This document shows positions 27,198-38,200 of a DNA stretch of 64,000 nt, in pieces. This DNA is from Bdellovibrionales bacterium. Its GTDB lineage: Bacteria > Bdellovibrionota > FAC87 > UBA2466. The notes beneath the pieces are model-generated. The model worked only from the letters and a program-made list of their open reading frames with translations, did not search any database and had not been told where the DNA came from. Each line of letters starts with the position of its first letter. The first letter of the stretch is position 1. The DNA is taken from contig SXPJ01000048.1 of NCBI GenBank assembly GCA_005776395.1, positions 24,211 to 88,210 on the forward strand, in the 5' to 3' direction. The position numbers were made by a program, and so were the translations under genes.

Positions 27198-29105
27198 TTA
27201 AAAATAATAATTCAGAGAAAATTTTCCTTCATAGAAAGAAGAGTTCTCCTGGGAAGAGATAACTGCCTGAGTCATGAATCTTAATTCCCAGATCTGACTC
27301 AACGCTAACGACTGATTAAGTTGAAACTCAAAGAACTGAGCTCTTCGCTCCCTTTGAAAAAGATCCCATAACCAGCTCGACTGCAGCTGGATTTTATATT
27401 TTTCAAAAAGATAGATAATACTTCCCATTTGCCATTTAGGAATCACACGATATCTCAATCGAAAACTATTTCCGGCCTCTATCTGTGCGACCCCTAAACT
27501 ATAAAATATCGCCTTATTTTTACCCACCCCAATAGCTCCTCCACCTCCCAGATCGAAATGAAAAACCTGGCAGTGATTACAGGAGAGATCTTTCGGAGAC
27601 AATACTTCAAGATGAAATGTCCAAGAAGGATGTTTATCAAGATCGGCCAATGGAGACAGCGAAGTTAGAGACAAAATATGAATATTTTCAAACCTTAACT
27701 GATAACTCTTTAAATAATATCTCAGCGTTACCGCCGGAAAATCAACCTGAGAAAAAGGGGTATATCCCAGATCACTATTTAAAAGATCATGAAACGCAAA
27801 TTTGAATTGAATATCTTGAAAGAATTGGGTCTCAAGGAAAGGGTGTTGCCTATGTTCAACCCCAGAAGACAAGCCCAATCTATACGTGTTATGAGCTAAA
27901 TCGGGACGAGAAGAATCCATAAGATTTCCCATGGAGTCATTTTCTTGATTAGACTTCCCTAGAGTACTGCGCTGAACCAAAACCTGTCTAAAAAGTTTTT
28001 TCTCACTTTCATTTAACTCATTTTCTTTTTTCTTTTTAACGTAAAGAAGATAGTCCGATACTTCATCTAATACTTCTATATCACTGACCTCTTGGGGCGT
28101 TGTCTTATATGCAATAATGTTTTGAAAACTATTTTTTTGAGACCTCTCTAACTTCTCATAATTTCCCATCATCTTTTTTTGCAAAGACGGACGATACTTA
28201 ATATTTTTAATCGCACCCGAAATTGCAGAAACCTTTTTAATAGTTTCCCCCGGAATCACATAAATGGGAAAATCGGTCAATTCCCAATCAGGCTTAGCAA
28301 CTTCAAGAAATGCAAGTAATTGATAGGAACAGTTTTCATCTAAAAAGTAATAGTCAAAAAAACTATTAGTTTCGACCTCCCAAACATTTCTTATAAGTCG
28401 ATAGGTTTCCTCACGATTAAGATTTAACTCATACTCCCAAACATCTCGACTTTCATTGTTCACATATTCATTAACTTTAGCGTAATAGGGAAGGAGTGAA
28501 AATTGTCCTCGATACCCTCCAGTAAGTCCCAAATAGACAAACGCAAACCCATTTTCATCATTCTCTACTTGAGCCGCATAACTAATTCCCCAATCTAAAA
28601 GATCCTGTTTTTTTTGATTCTTCGATTTAGAGTTAATCCGCAAAAAGGTATGCCCAAACATAGATCCTGGGTTGTGGGGATAGGCGCTAGAAAAGACGAG
28701 AGTTACCGATTCAGGGTTAAGCTTATCCAAATACTCATTCAACTTAGAGCATAAGACATCTTTAGTTTTTAGCTTTAAGCCCTCTTTAAGAAAACGATAA
28801 CGTTCTGGAAAGGCACATTGAGGGTGCTGTTTCAATCGTCCCACTTCAATATCTTTTGACATAGCAGCAAGAGTTGCCTGCATTTCTAAGTAAGGATTGC
28901 TCTTACCCTCAGGAGAAAAAAAGAATTCACCTCCCTCAACTCGACTTCGGTACCCTCCCCAAAAACTTTTCTCATAATGAATAAGCCTCAGCCAATAAGG
29001 AGATTTGGCTAAAGTCTCTAATTCAGATTCAGGGGATAAGGTTCCAGTCAAAGAGGATTGAATACCGATCCCAATTAATATCAAGAGAATAAAATGCAAT
29101 CTCAC
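27198..29105 (-). CDS. DUF4105 domain-containing exported protein
   Basis: LAKSPYWLRLIHYEKSFWGGYRSRVEGGEFFFSPEGKSNPYLEMQATLAAM matches the DUF4105 core (WlrLlHY...FFls..G...P..El.Atl.a). Confidence 0.55.
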   Translation of the reverse strand: MRLHFILLILIGIGIQSSLTGTLSPESELETLAKSPYWLRLIHYEKSFWGGYRSRVEGGEFFFSPEGKSNPYLEMQATLAAMSKDIEVGRLKQHPQCAFPERYRFLKEGLKLKTKDVLCSKLNEYLDKLNPESVTLVFSSAYPHNPGSMFGHTFLRINSKSKNQKKQDLLDWGISYAAQVENDENGFAFVYLGLTGGYRGQFSLLPYYAKVNEYVNNESRDVWEYELNLNREETYRLIRNVWEVETNSFFDYYFLDENCSYQLLAFLEVAKPDWELTDFPIYVIPGETIKKVSAISGAIKNIKYRPSLQKKMMGNYEKLERSQKNSFQNIIAYKTTPQEVSDIEVLDEVSDYLLYVKKKKENELNESEKKLFRQVLVQRSTLGKSNQENDSMGNLMDSSRPDLAHNTYRLGLSSGVEHRQHPFLETQFFQDIQFKFAFHDLLNSDLGYTPFSQVDFPAVTLRYYLKSYQLRFENIHILSLTSLSPLADLDKHPSWTFHLEVLSPKDLSCNHCQVFHFDLGGGGAIGVGKNKAIFYSLGVAQIEAGNSFRLRYRVIPKWQMGSIIYLFEKYKIQLQSSWLWDLFQRERRAQFFEFQLNQSLALSQIWELRFMTQAVISSQENSSFYEGKFSLNYYF

Positions 29106-29148
29106 AAGAGAGCAATACTAGTTTTAGACTTTTAATAAAACAAAAAAA

Positions 29149-29469
29149 TCAGGGGACCGAATCTAAGATCTCTAAACTTGAACTTTCAACTCTTAGTTTT
29201 ATCGACTTGCCATGGGTTTCAGCCTCTTTTAGATGGCTTTCTAGGACTTTAAATCTGGGATTATTAGATTTTAAATAATAGATTCCCGCGTGTTTTTTAA
29301 AAGTAATTTGATATCCCTCATTATGAGTCATTACAGATCTCACTGAATCCATAAGTTCTAAAAACTTTTTTTCTGACATGACGCTTTTTTCAGGCTTAGA
29401 ATTCTTAAAAGCTAAGCCCTCTCCAAAAAAATTGGCACCTATTAATAAAATGAGTGCCACAATTCTCAT
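29149..29469 (-). CDS. Small exported protein co-transcribed with the protein glutaminase (possible partner/inhibitor; inference)
   Basis: Signal peptide. The start overlaps the upstream stop by 4 nt. Confidence 0.4.
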   Translation of the reverse strand: MRIVALILLIGANFFGEGLAFKNSKPEKSVMSEKKFLELMDSVRSVMTHNEGYQITFKKHAGIYYLKSNNPRFKVLESHLKEAETHGKSIKLRVESSSLEILDSVP

Positions 29470-30263
29470 TTCTTTTCCTTAATTCGCTCTAACTGAATCT
29501 GTAAATAGCTCTGCAGAGTTTGTTTTGTATCTGTGATGTCTTGTGATTGATAACTATCTAGCTCCTCTTTTTTAGCACCTGGAAGATAGTTATACCTCTT
29601 AGTGTGGTAGATCTCATCTATCTTCCCATTTTTATGAGAGGTCTGTAATTTAACCCATTCATCTATAGTGACTGGTTTTTTAAATAACGAAGGATCAATC
29701 ACATACAGGATCGTTTTACCCTCTTTTTTCACAGCTACGAATGGCGCTACATGATACCACCACTCGACAAAGCCTTTCGGGGCATTTGTGGTTTCAACTC
29801 TAAGATCTCCCTCTAAAAACACCTTGCCTGTTACTACCCCCTTTTTCTCCATTAGTTGGGTCATTTCATGGGCTCTCGCATAGCATCCATCCTCTGGATA
29901 ACAAAATGGAATATGTTTTTGCTCTGCCATCTCTTGAAATAATTTATTAAGTTGATCTTCGGTTAGTAGACTTACTTTAAAAACCTTTCCAGAGGGGGAA
30001 GAAATCTTGTGGGTTTTAGAATTGATTAAAAGAGTAAAGATCCCTTTTTTTATGGCCTCTTTGAGGATCATTAGAGAGGGGGATAAATTCTTTAATTCAA
30101 TAGCTATGGGCCTAGCTTTATTCGTTTCTGGATTAATGGGTGGGTCCACTCGAGCTGAAATGTGGTCATCTGCTGCTGTTAAAATTGAACTCAATGTTAC
30201 AAAAAGAACTAAAAAATACCGCACTCGCATCTCTCCTGTTTTTTGATAAATATGACGCCTCAT
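29466..30263 (-). CDS. Protein-glutamine glutaminase (protein glutaminase family, Cys-His-Asp papain-like)
   Basis: FCYPEDGCYARAHEM...WWYHVAPFV...ILYVIDPSLFKKPVT closely parallels the Chryseobacterium protein glutaminase core (YPVDGCYARAHKM...WSYHVAILV...RIIDPSLFSSGPVT). Signal peptide present. Confidence 0.7.
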   Translation of the reverse strand: MRRHIYQKTGEMRVRYFLVLFVTLSSILTAADDHISARVDPPINPETNKARPIAIELKNLSPSLMILKEAIKKGIFTLLINSKTHKISSPSGKVFKVSLLTEDQLNKLFQEMAEQKHIPFCYPEDGCYARAHEMTQLMEKKGVVTGKVFLEGDLRVETTNAPKGFVEWWYHVAPFVAVKKEGKTILYVIDPSLFKKPVTIDEWVKLQTSHKNGKIDEIYHTKRYNYLPGAKKEELDSYQSQDITDTKQTLQSYLQIQLERIKEKK

Positions 30264-30475
30264 ACCGTCACAGTGTATTCCTCTTAGCCACTCTTCCTAC
30301 TGCAACTTAGCCTTACGGCCAGTTGCACACCGCCAGAGTGCAAGGACAGTGCTAGACGCTTTGTTTCTTAATCCTAAACTTGATTTGATTATTGCGACCT
30401 GCGAATTGCCTCATTTACGCTCTAAGTGTTACACTTAAAGGGTCTTCACTAACTCTTTAAAAAAACGATAACTTC

Positions 30476-31540
30476 ATGAAAATACTAATCACAGGCGGAG
30501 CCGGTTTTGTGGGATCCTCTTTGGCTCTTCACTTTAAAAATAGATATCCCCAAGGTCGGGTAGTGGCTTTTGACAACCTAAAACGCAGAGGCTCTGAAAT
30601 TAATCTCTCCAAATTTCGTGAACAGGGAATAGAGTTTATTCATGGAGACATTAGAAATCCATCAGACTTTGAATCTATTAAAGAGTCATGGGATATTTTT
30701 ATTGAATGTTCGGCTGAACCCAGTGTCTTAGCTGGGCTTAACTCCTCTCCAAAGTATTTACTAGAAACCAATTTAACTGGAACCCTCAACTGTCTTGAAT
30801 TAGCCAGACACTCTTGTGGACTATTTATTTTTCTTTCAACATCGAGAGTTTATTCAATCGTTCCTTTAAAAGAATTAAATCTGGTAGAGGGCCCTACCCG
30901 ATTCGAATTAGCAAAACATCAAACTCTCTCTGGAATTACATCAAAAGGAATTTCAGAGCAATTTCCCAGTGACTCTAGCCGTTCTCTTTATGGAACTAGC
31001 AAACTAGCCTCGGAGTATTTAGTTCAAGAATATGCTTTCACCTATGGTCTCAAATCAATCATTAACCGATGTGGAGTCATTGCAGGGCCGGGACAGTTTG
31101 GTAAAACCGATCAAGGGGTTTACACACTTTGGGTTGCTCGCCACTTCTTCAAACAAGGACTTAAGTACACAGGTTTTGGGGGAACAGGAAAACAGGTCAG
31201 AGATCTCCTGCATATTGAAGATCTTATCTCTTTGCTAGAAAAGCAAATTGAAAGTAAACCCGGCTTACAATCTGAAACCTATAATATTGGCGGGGGGAAC
31301 GAATGTTCTACCTCACTTTTTGAGCTCACTCAAATCTGTCAAGAGGTCACAGGAAATTCAGTTGCGATCGGAAGTGAAAAAGATTCACCTGCGGTCGATA
31401 TTCCTTGGTATATCTCGGACTGCTCAAAAGCAAAATCAGCTTTCGATTGGAATCCTAAAAAAACCGTTAAGAACTTAGCCTATGACATTAAAGATTGGTT
31501 AAGCTGCAACGAAAATTTATTAAAGCATTCTTTCACTTGA
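30476..31540 (+). CDS. NAD-dependent epimerase/dehydratase (extended SDR, CDP-paratose 2-epimerase-like)
   Basis: [17 protein letters not shown] Rossmann motif. YGTSK catalytic [17 protein letters not shown]. Confidence 0.8.
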   Translation: MKILITGGAGFVGSSLALHFKNRYPQGRVVAFDNLKRRGSEINLSKFREQGIEFIHGDIRNPSDFESIKESWDIFIECSAEPSVLAGLNSSPKYLLETNLTGTLNCLELARHSCGLFIFLSTSRVYSIVPLKELNLVEGPTRFELAKHQTLSGITSKGISEQFPSDSSRSLYGTSKLASEYLVQEYAFTYGLKSIINRCGVIAGPGQFGKTDQGVYTLWVARHFFKQGLKYTGFGGTGKQVRDLLHIEDLISLLEKQIESKPGLQSETYNIGGGNECSTSLFELTQICQEVTGNSVAIGSEKDSPAVDIPWYISDCSKAKSAFDWNPKKTVKNLAYDIKDWLSCNENLLKHSFT

Positions 31541-31559
31541 AAAAGCAAAAAGGGATCTT

Positions 31560-32636
31560 ATGGCTATTGCAATCATCACGGGTTCATCGGGACTTATCGG
31601 AAGTGAATCAGCTCATTTTTTTCATGACAAAGGATTTGAAGTTGTCGGCATTGACAATGATCTTCGAAGTTATTTTTTCGGAAAAGAAAGTTCTACAGCC
31701 TGGAATACTCAAAGACTTTCTAAAAAATTAAAAAACTTTAGTTCCCATTCAATCGACATTAGAAACCAAGAGGAAATTTTCAAACTATTTAAAAAGCATG
31801 GAACCCAAATCAAACTAGTTGTGCACACGGCTGCACAACCTAGCCATGATTGGGCGGCTCGCGAACCCTTCACCGATTTCACCGTTAACGCTAATGGAAC
31901 CCTGGTTCTACTCGAGGCCACACGGCAATTTTGTCCTGAAGCCACCTTCATTTTTACATCAACCAACAAAGTTTATGGGGACACACCCAATAATCTACCC
32001 CTTGTTGAAACTAAATTACGTTGGGAAATAGATTCTAAACATCCCTATTTCCAATTTGGAATTGATGAATCGATGTCAATTGATCATTCAAAACACAGCT
32101 TATTTGGGGCTAGTAAAGTAGCTGGCGATATTCTTGTTCAAGAATATGGCCGATATTTCGAAATGAAAACCGGCGTATTTAGAGGGGGTTGTTTAACAGG
32201 CCCCATGCATTCTGGAGCTGAACTTCATGGCTTTCTGGCCTATTTGGTTCACTGCGGAGTTAATAGGAAATCTTATAATATCTATGGATATAAAGGAAAA
32301 CAGGTAAGAGACAATATTCACTCTTATGATTTGGTAAATGCATTCTGGCACTTTTTCCAAAGTCCTAAGACAGGAGCGGTTTATAACATTGGGGGAAGTC
32401 GCCATAGTAATTGCTCTGTTTTAGAAGCTATCGAAAAAATAGAAAAATTAACTCACACACCTTTTAAGTATCAGCTCCTGGATCAAGCTCGATCGGGTGA
32501 TCATATTTGGTGGATCAGTGATGTAAGAAGATTTCAAAGTGATTATCCGAATTGGTCTTATCGTTACAACATCGATACTATTCTAGAAGAAATGGTTACA
32601 CTAAGTATTGAATCTCTACCCAAAAAGGTCGCATGA
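31560..32636 (+). CDS. NAD-dependent epimerase (CDP-paratose 2-epimerase RfbE-like), tandem paralog
   Basis: [20 protein letters not shown]...FGASKVAGD...[16 protein letters not shown] parallels RfbE (SSTNKVYGD...YGCSKGAAD...GNGKQVRDVLHAED). Confidence 0.8.
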   Translation: MAIAIITGSSGLIGSESAHFFHDKGFEVVGIDNDLRSYFFGKESSTAWNTQRLSKKLKNFSSHSIDIRNQEEIFKLFKKHGTQIKLVVHTAAQPSHDWAAREPFTDFTVNANGTLVLLEATRQFCPEATFIFTSTNKVYGDTPNNLPLVETKLRWEIDSKHPYFQFGIDESMSIDHSKHSLFGASKVAGDILVQEYGRYFEMKTGVFRGGCLTGPMHSGAELHGFLAYLVHCGVNRKSYNIYGYKGKQVRDNIHSYDLVNAFWHFFQSPKTGAVYNIGGSRHSNCSVLEAIEKIEKLTHTPFKYQLLDQARSGDHIWWISDVRRFQSDYPNWSYRYNIDTILEEMVTLSIESLPKKVA

Positions 32637-33406
32637 AACTTTCCATTATTATACCCGCCCACAACGAGGAGGAATGCATTGAAAGTACCGTTTCGCAACT
32701 CTCGAAACATTTAAAAAGCGAATCAATCCCTCACGAAATCTTAGTTATTAATGACAGTTCAACTGACAACACCTCTGAAATCCTGGAAAACCTTTCTCAG
32801 TCTATAAATGAATTAAGATGCATTAGAAATGCCCCACCAAATGGTTTTGGTTATGCCGTTCGCTGTGGACTTAACCAATTCAAAGGAGAGGCTGTTGCTA
32901 TCTATATGGCTGACGCATCGGATACCCCCCAAGATTTAGTTCGTTTTTATCGAGCTATGATTGCTCAAAAGGTAGACTGTGTTTTTGGTTCACGATGGGA
33001 AAAAGAGTCAAAGGTTGTTGATTATCCTCTTTTTAAATTGGTTTTAAATCGAATGGTGAATCGCTTTATTCAGTGCTTATTTGGGATTCGATATAACGAT
33101 GTCACTAATGCCTTTAAACTTTACTCTAAAGATACTCTCCGAGGGGTTGAACCCATCATAAGTCCGCACTTCAACCTCACAGTGGAACTTCCTTTGAAAG
33201 CCATTGTACGAGGTTACAGTTATGCAGTGCTTCCCAATACCTGGGTTAATAGAAAAACAGGTGAGTCGAAACTCAAAGTTAAAGAGATGGGTTCAAGATA
33301 TCTGTTTATTATCCTTTACTGTTTTATTGAGAAATGGCTTTCACGTGGAGATTATCGACTTAACGCAACTGTAGAGCACGCCAAAAAGGCTGTTTCTATT
33401 AAGTAA
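32633..33406 (+). CDS. Family 2 glycosyltransferase
   Basis: [14 protein letters not shown]...[13 protein letters not shown] signature. The start overlaps the upstream stop. Confidence 0.75.
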   Translation: MKLSIIIPAHNEEECIESTVSQLSKHLKSESIPHEILVINDSSTDNTSEILENLSQSINELRCIRNAPPNGFGYAVRCGLNQFKGEAVAIYMADASDTPQDLVRFYRAMIAQKVDCVFGSRWEKESKVVDYPLFKLVLNRMVNRFIQCLFGIRYNDVTNAFKLYSKDTLRGVEPIISPHFNLTVELPLKAIVRGYSYAVLPNTWVNRKTGESKLKVKEMGSRYLFIILYCFIEKWLSRGDYRLNATVEHAKKAVSIK

Positions 33407-33464
33407 TTTGACCTTTTTATACTTATTTACTCAAGAACACCTCTCCCATTCCGATAAACTAGAT

Positions 33465-34223
33465 ATGAAATACAATATGAATAAATTTATTTTTGGATCA
33501 TTAACTTTAACCTCAATTTTCTTCTCTCAAGGACTCATAGCCGACAGTGATAACAGGCCAGTCTTAAGAAAAGTGCAGCCCGAGGTCGAATCGCTCGACT
33601 CGCTACATCCCAAAGCTTCCCCTCTTGCCAATAACGCCCAGCACAACGACAACAAGGCAACTCGAAGACTTGCTAGCGGAAACAATGCAGAAGATTTAGA
33701 GCATTATTCTAAATTAGAGCGTCGTTTAGGAGTTGATATAGGACTCATGGTTCCATTCAATGACTTCCAAAAAGATTTTTCAAACGCTACAATGCTTGGA
33801 CTGCATTTTACCTGGGAGGCGATCGCCCCTTTTGCTTTAAGAGTGAGTACCCATAGAGCCTCTTCGTATCACAAGTCAGGAGCCGCTTCAGGAAAGCTCA
33901 CTGTTTCCGCAATTAACATTGGAACACAGGCTTCATTCCCGATAGGTCGATTTATTCCCTTCTTAAAGTTTGAGGGCTCATTTAACTTCAATGATGTTTC
34001 TTTTGACGCCAGTAAAATCGTAACCGCAGGTAGCGACACTTTTGTCACGACTCTGGGACTTAATGCAGGGATCGGAATTGACTTCATCGTAGGTAGAGAG
34101 GTGAGTTTCGGTTTTGAAGGCACCTATCACTACTTAATTCCCAAAAAAATCAACCTAAGCGATAGCACAATGTTCGACTTAGGTAGTAGCTACGCAACCG
34201 CAGGCTTTAGAGTGAATTTTTAA
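33465..34223 (+). CDS. Outer-membrane beta-barrel protein
   Basis: Signal peptide MKYNMNKFIFGSLTLTSIFFSQG. C-terminal ...GFRVNF*. Confidence 0.55.
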   Translation: MKYNMNKFIFGSLTLTSIFFSQGLIADSDNRPVLRKVQPEVESLDSLHPKASPLANNAQHNDNKATRRLASGNNAEDLEHYSKLERRLGVDIGLMVPFNDFQKDFSNATMLGLHFTWEAIAPFALRVSTHRASSYHKSGAASGKLTVSAINIGTQASFPIGRFIPFLKFEGSFNFNDVSFDASKIVTAGSDTFVTTLGLNAGIGIDFIVGREVSFGFEGTYHYLIPKKINLSDSTMFDLGSSYATAGFRVNF

Positions 34224-34309
34224 TACCTAATCTCAGTTTGGGTAAGCTTATTCGGCGCGGCGTGGCGCACCTGCTGCGCTAACCCTCTCACCTATTTATT
34301 AGAGATCCT

Positions 34310-34368
34310 AGATCTCCATCACAAAAACCCCATTGCGAGAGGTGGAGAGTATAGCCTTAGTAATATTG
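34310..34368. repeat. Repeat R2, copy a (direct copy at 44258..44316, ~80% identity)
   Basis: agatctccatcacaaaaaccccattgcgagaggtggagagtatagccttagtaatatt versus agatctccagcacaaaaaaaccattgcgaatggtggcgagcataggcttagcaatatt. Confidence 0.75.
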
Positions 34369-34480
34369 CGACGCTACGCATCAGCCCCTATCTTACTTTC
34401 TTGAAATCCCCTCAAGTGTCCCCTATCATGCCGTCTATCTTAAACGGGTATCTGTTTTTTACTGAAAGAGAGTCATTACG

Positions 34481-35254
34481 ATGGGTTTTATTAAACAACA
34501 TACACAGCTTGTGCTTATGCTCGCGGCTCTATTTGCGTTGCGGTGGAGCGTAGTAGAGCCCTATGTCGTTCCTACAGGATCTATGGAGCCCACGCTCAAG
34601 ACTGGGGACAGGTTATATGCCTTGAAATGCGCTTATGACCTTCGCATTCCCATGACCAATAAAATTTTATTTCGCACCGGCAGTGTCAAACGGGGAGATG
34701 TTATTTTATTTCAGGCCCCTAGAACCCCTGAAATCACTTATGTAAAAAGAGCCGTAGGACTTCCCGGAGATAAACTGGCCTTCAGAGATGGGGCTCTCTA
34801 CATCAATGGGCAAGAGGTGCAAAAATCTATATTTCCTAATCGCGATGTTATGTACGACATCGATATGAAAGAGCTCAAAACTCTTTATTTAGAACAGCTC
34901 GGAGATAAAAAACATTACGTCATTCTGATTAATGAAAACTCTCAAAGTGCATCACGATTCATGGATGAAATCCAGATTCCTGAGGGTTATCTATTTGCAG
35001 TAGGCGACAATCGAGACCAAAGCTATGACAGCAGAGCCTGGGGTTTTGTACCCCTAGAAAACTTAAAAGGTAAAGCCATGTTTATCTGGTATTCAAGCTG
35101 GGATCCGTTGGTTAAAGAAAGCATGACCGCAACCTCACTCACAGTATTCGAAAGAATCTATTATTACATTTATGAATTTTTTGTTTTCTTCCCTCATTAT
35201 TTTAACGATGAAGCCTGGATACGCAAAGAGCGGGTAGGAACTTTTATTCAGTAA
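34481..35254 (+). CDS. lepB: Signal peptidase I
   Basis: VPTGSMEPTLKTGDRL (catalytic Ser box), KRAVGLPGD, GDNRDQSYDSRAWG. Confidence 0.9.
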   Translation: MGFIKQHTQLVLMLAALFALRWSVVEPYVVPTGSMEPTLKTGDRLYALKCAYDLRIPMTNKILFRTGSVKRGDVILFQAPRTPEITYVKRAVGLPGDKLAFRDGALYINGQEVQKSIFPNRDVMYDIDMKELKTLYLEQLGDKKHYVILINENSQSASRFMDEIQIPEGYLFAVGDNRDQSYDSRAWGFVPLENLKGKAMFIWYSSWDPLVKESMTATSLTVFERIYYYIYEFFVFFPHYFNDEAWIRKERVGTFIQ

Positions 35255-35284
35255 TTATTTAATTAGGGGTCGAGAACTTACAAA

Positions 35285-38200
35285 ATGGCAGCAGAGTTTA
35301 CACATCTACATGTGCACTCCAATTATAGTCTATTGGACAGCACGATTCGTATTGAAGATTTAGTTAAAACTGCTTCGAACGATAAAATGGCGGCCTTAGC
35401 TCTCACCGATCATGGCAATATGTTCGGAGCCCTAGACTTCTATCTCTATGCTAAAAAATATGGCCTTAAACCCATCCTGGGTTGTGAAGTCTATTTAGCT
35501 CCTGGAAATCGATTTCTCCGAGGTAATAATACCAGTGGAGATGAAGAGGTAGCCCCCTACTCCACTAGCCGTTCTGGAATGAACCACCTAATTCTTTTGG
35601 TTCAAAATGAAATCGGATACCAAAATCTTTGTAAACTAGTGAGCAGCGGATTTCTAGAGGGCTTTTATTATAAACCTCGAATTGATAAAGATATTTTAAA
35701 AGAACACTGTGAAGGACTTATAGCTACTTCAGCCTGCCTTAAAGGTGAGGTTTCAAATCTCTGTCTTCTCGGTGACATGGATCGAGCTAGAGAAGCCGCT
35801 ATTTTCTATCGCAATCTCTTTAAGGGAAATTTTTATTTGGAACTCCAACAAAATGGAATTCCCCAACAGATGTTGGTTAACCAACGCTTTCAAGAGTTAT
35901 CAAAAGAGTTGGGAATCCCGCTAATCGCAACTGCCGATTGCCATTACTTAACTCAAAAAGAGGCTTTTGCTCAGGAAGTTTTATTAGCAATCCAAACTGG
36001 GCGAACCCTAGAAGATCCCTCAGCCCAAAATATCGCAAGTGATGAGTTTTACTTTAAACCTCAAGCGGTAATGAAAGAAGAATTTTCCTACTGTCCTGAA
36101 GCCATTAATAACACCATGGCTATTGCTGAAAAATGTACCTTTGAATTTAAGTTTGATGATGAAAAAGGGAAAAAGATCTACCACTTCCCAAAATTTGACC
36201 CCCCCGATGGAAAAACAGCAGAGCAATTTATTATTGATTCAGCAAAAGCTGGTTTAGACCGAATCCTTTCTGAGAAAGAACAGATTGAAGGAAAAAAACT
36301 AACTTCGGAGCAGAGAAAAAAATATGATGATCGGCTTGAGAAAGAACTCAACGTCATCACCTCCATGGGATTTATCGGCTACTTCTTAATCGTTTCTGAT
36401 TTTATCGGCTATGCTAAAGATCATGGAGTCCCTGTCGGACCTGGTAGGGGTTCAGGTGCAGGTAGTTTGGTAGCTTACTGTCTTAGAATTACTGAACTTG
36501 ATCCCCTAGAACATGGACTTCTCTTTGAACGCTTTCTAAATCCGGAACGGATCTCTCTTCCCGATTTTGACGTCGATTTTTGCATGGATAAAAGAGACCA
36601 GATTATTAAGTATGTCGTTGATAAGTATGGCAAAGAGTGTGTCGCTCAAATTATCACCTACGGAAAACTTCAAGCTCGCGGAGTTATTCGAGACGTAGGC
36701 CGAGCCTTTGGAATGCCGGTCAGTGAAGTCGATAAGATAGCAAAGCTGGTTCCAGAGACGGTCAATATTACTTTAGATAAAGCATTCGAACAGGAATCAA
36801 GACTGAGAGATCTCACAGCCAATGATCCTAAGCTACATCATCTGTTCTCTGTATGCCGATCTTTAGAAGGATTGGCTCGTCATGCCTCTATCCATGCTGC
36901 GGGGATTGTAATTTCTAATCGGCCCATGGTCGAGCACTGTCCTCTTTATCGAGGGAAAAATGATGAACTGGTGATTCAGTTCGACATGAAAAAAGCTGAG
37001 GAGATAGGCTTAATCAAGTTCGACTTCTTAGGACTTAAGACCCTCACCTTTTTACAGTCAGCTGAGAGACTTGTTAATAATCGATATCCCGAAAATGAAT
37101 TTAGACTCTCTCATTTAGATTTAGCTAATAAAAAAATGTATGAGATGCTTTCAAAGGGGGACACCTTCGGAATTTTCCAGTTAGAAAGTTCCGGAATGCA
37201 AGATCTTCTCAAAAAGGCACGCCCTGACTGCTTTGCAGATATCGTAGCTATTATTTCTCTCTATCGTCCAGGCCCCATGGTGATGCTAGATGATTTTATC
37301 GGCCGTAAACACGGAACCATTCCTATTCAATATGAATTTGAAGAGCTGAGACCTATTCTGCAAGAAACTTACGGAATCATGGTTTATCAAGAACAGGTTC
37401 AGCAGATCGCAATGAAACTTGCTAGCTATACTGCAGGAGGGGCCGATCTTCTCCGTCGTGCAATGGGAAAGAAGAAGCCTGAAGAGATGGCAAAGCAAAA
37501 GACTGTCTTTTTGGAAGGGGCAGCTAAAAATAATCACGATCCTATTAAGGCGGAAAAACTTTTCGATCTGATGGCCAACTTCGCAGGTTACGGATTCAAC
37601 AAATCCCATGCAGCCGCTTACTCAGTGATCACCTGCCAAACAGCCTTTCTCAAAGCTCATTACCCTGTCGAATTTTATGCAACCCTGCTTTCAACCGAGC
37701 GTGAGAACACCGACAAGATCACAAAATATATCGCCGATGCTAAAAGGCATCATATCGATGTCCTTCCACCTGACATCAATGAAAGTGACACCGACTTTAC
37801 TGTACTCACCGAATCTCAAATTCGCTTTGGTTTAGGCGCTATTAAAGGGGTAGGACAGATTGCTATCGACTCTGTTTTAGAGGCACGAAAAAAGGGGGGC
37901 CCCTTCACGGATCTCTTTGATCTTTGCGCCCGTGGTAATACCCGTACCGTGAATAAGAGAGTCCTAGAAGCTTTTGTAAAAGCTGGCGCTTTAGATAGTT
38001 TTAAAATTCACAGAGCCTCTCTCTTTAAGGCAATCGATGAAGCCTTACAGATGGGCTCTGCCCTACAAAAAACCAAAGACGATCTGCAACCCTCCTTTTC
38101 TGATCTTTTGGGCCCAGAAGAAGACTCAAGCTTCACTCACAGAAAAGTTTCCTATCCTCATGAAACTCCATGGCCTAGACTTTATGAATTAAAATTGGAA

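Noticed and set aside
36020-37609. Minus-strand ORFs inside dnaE (36020..36226, 36178..36366, 37286..37609)
   Set aside because: They are antisense to a highly conserved essential gene and are artefacts.
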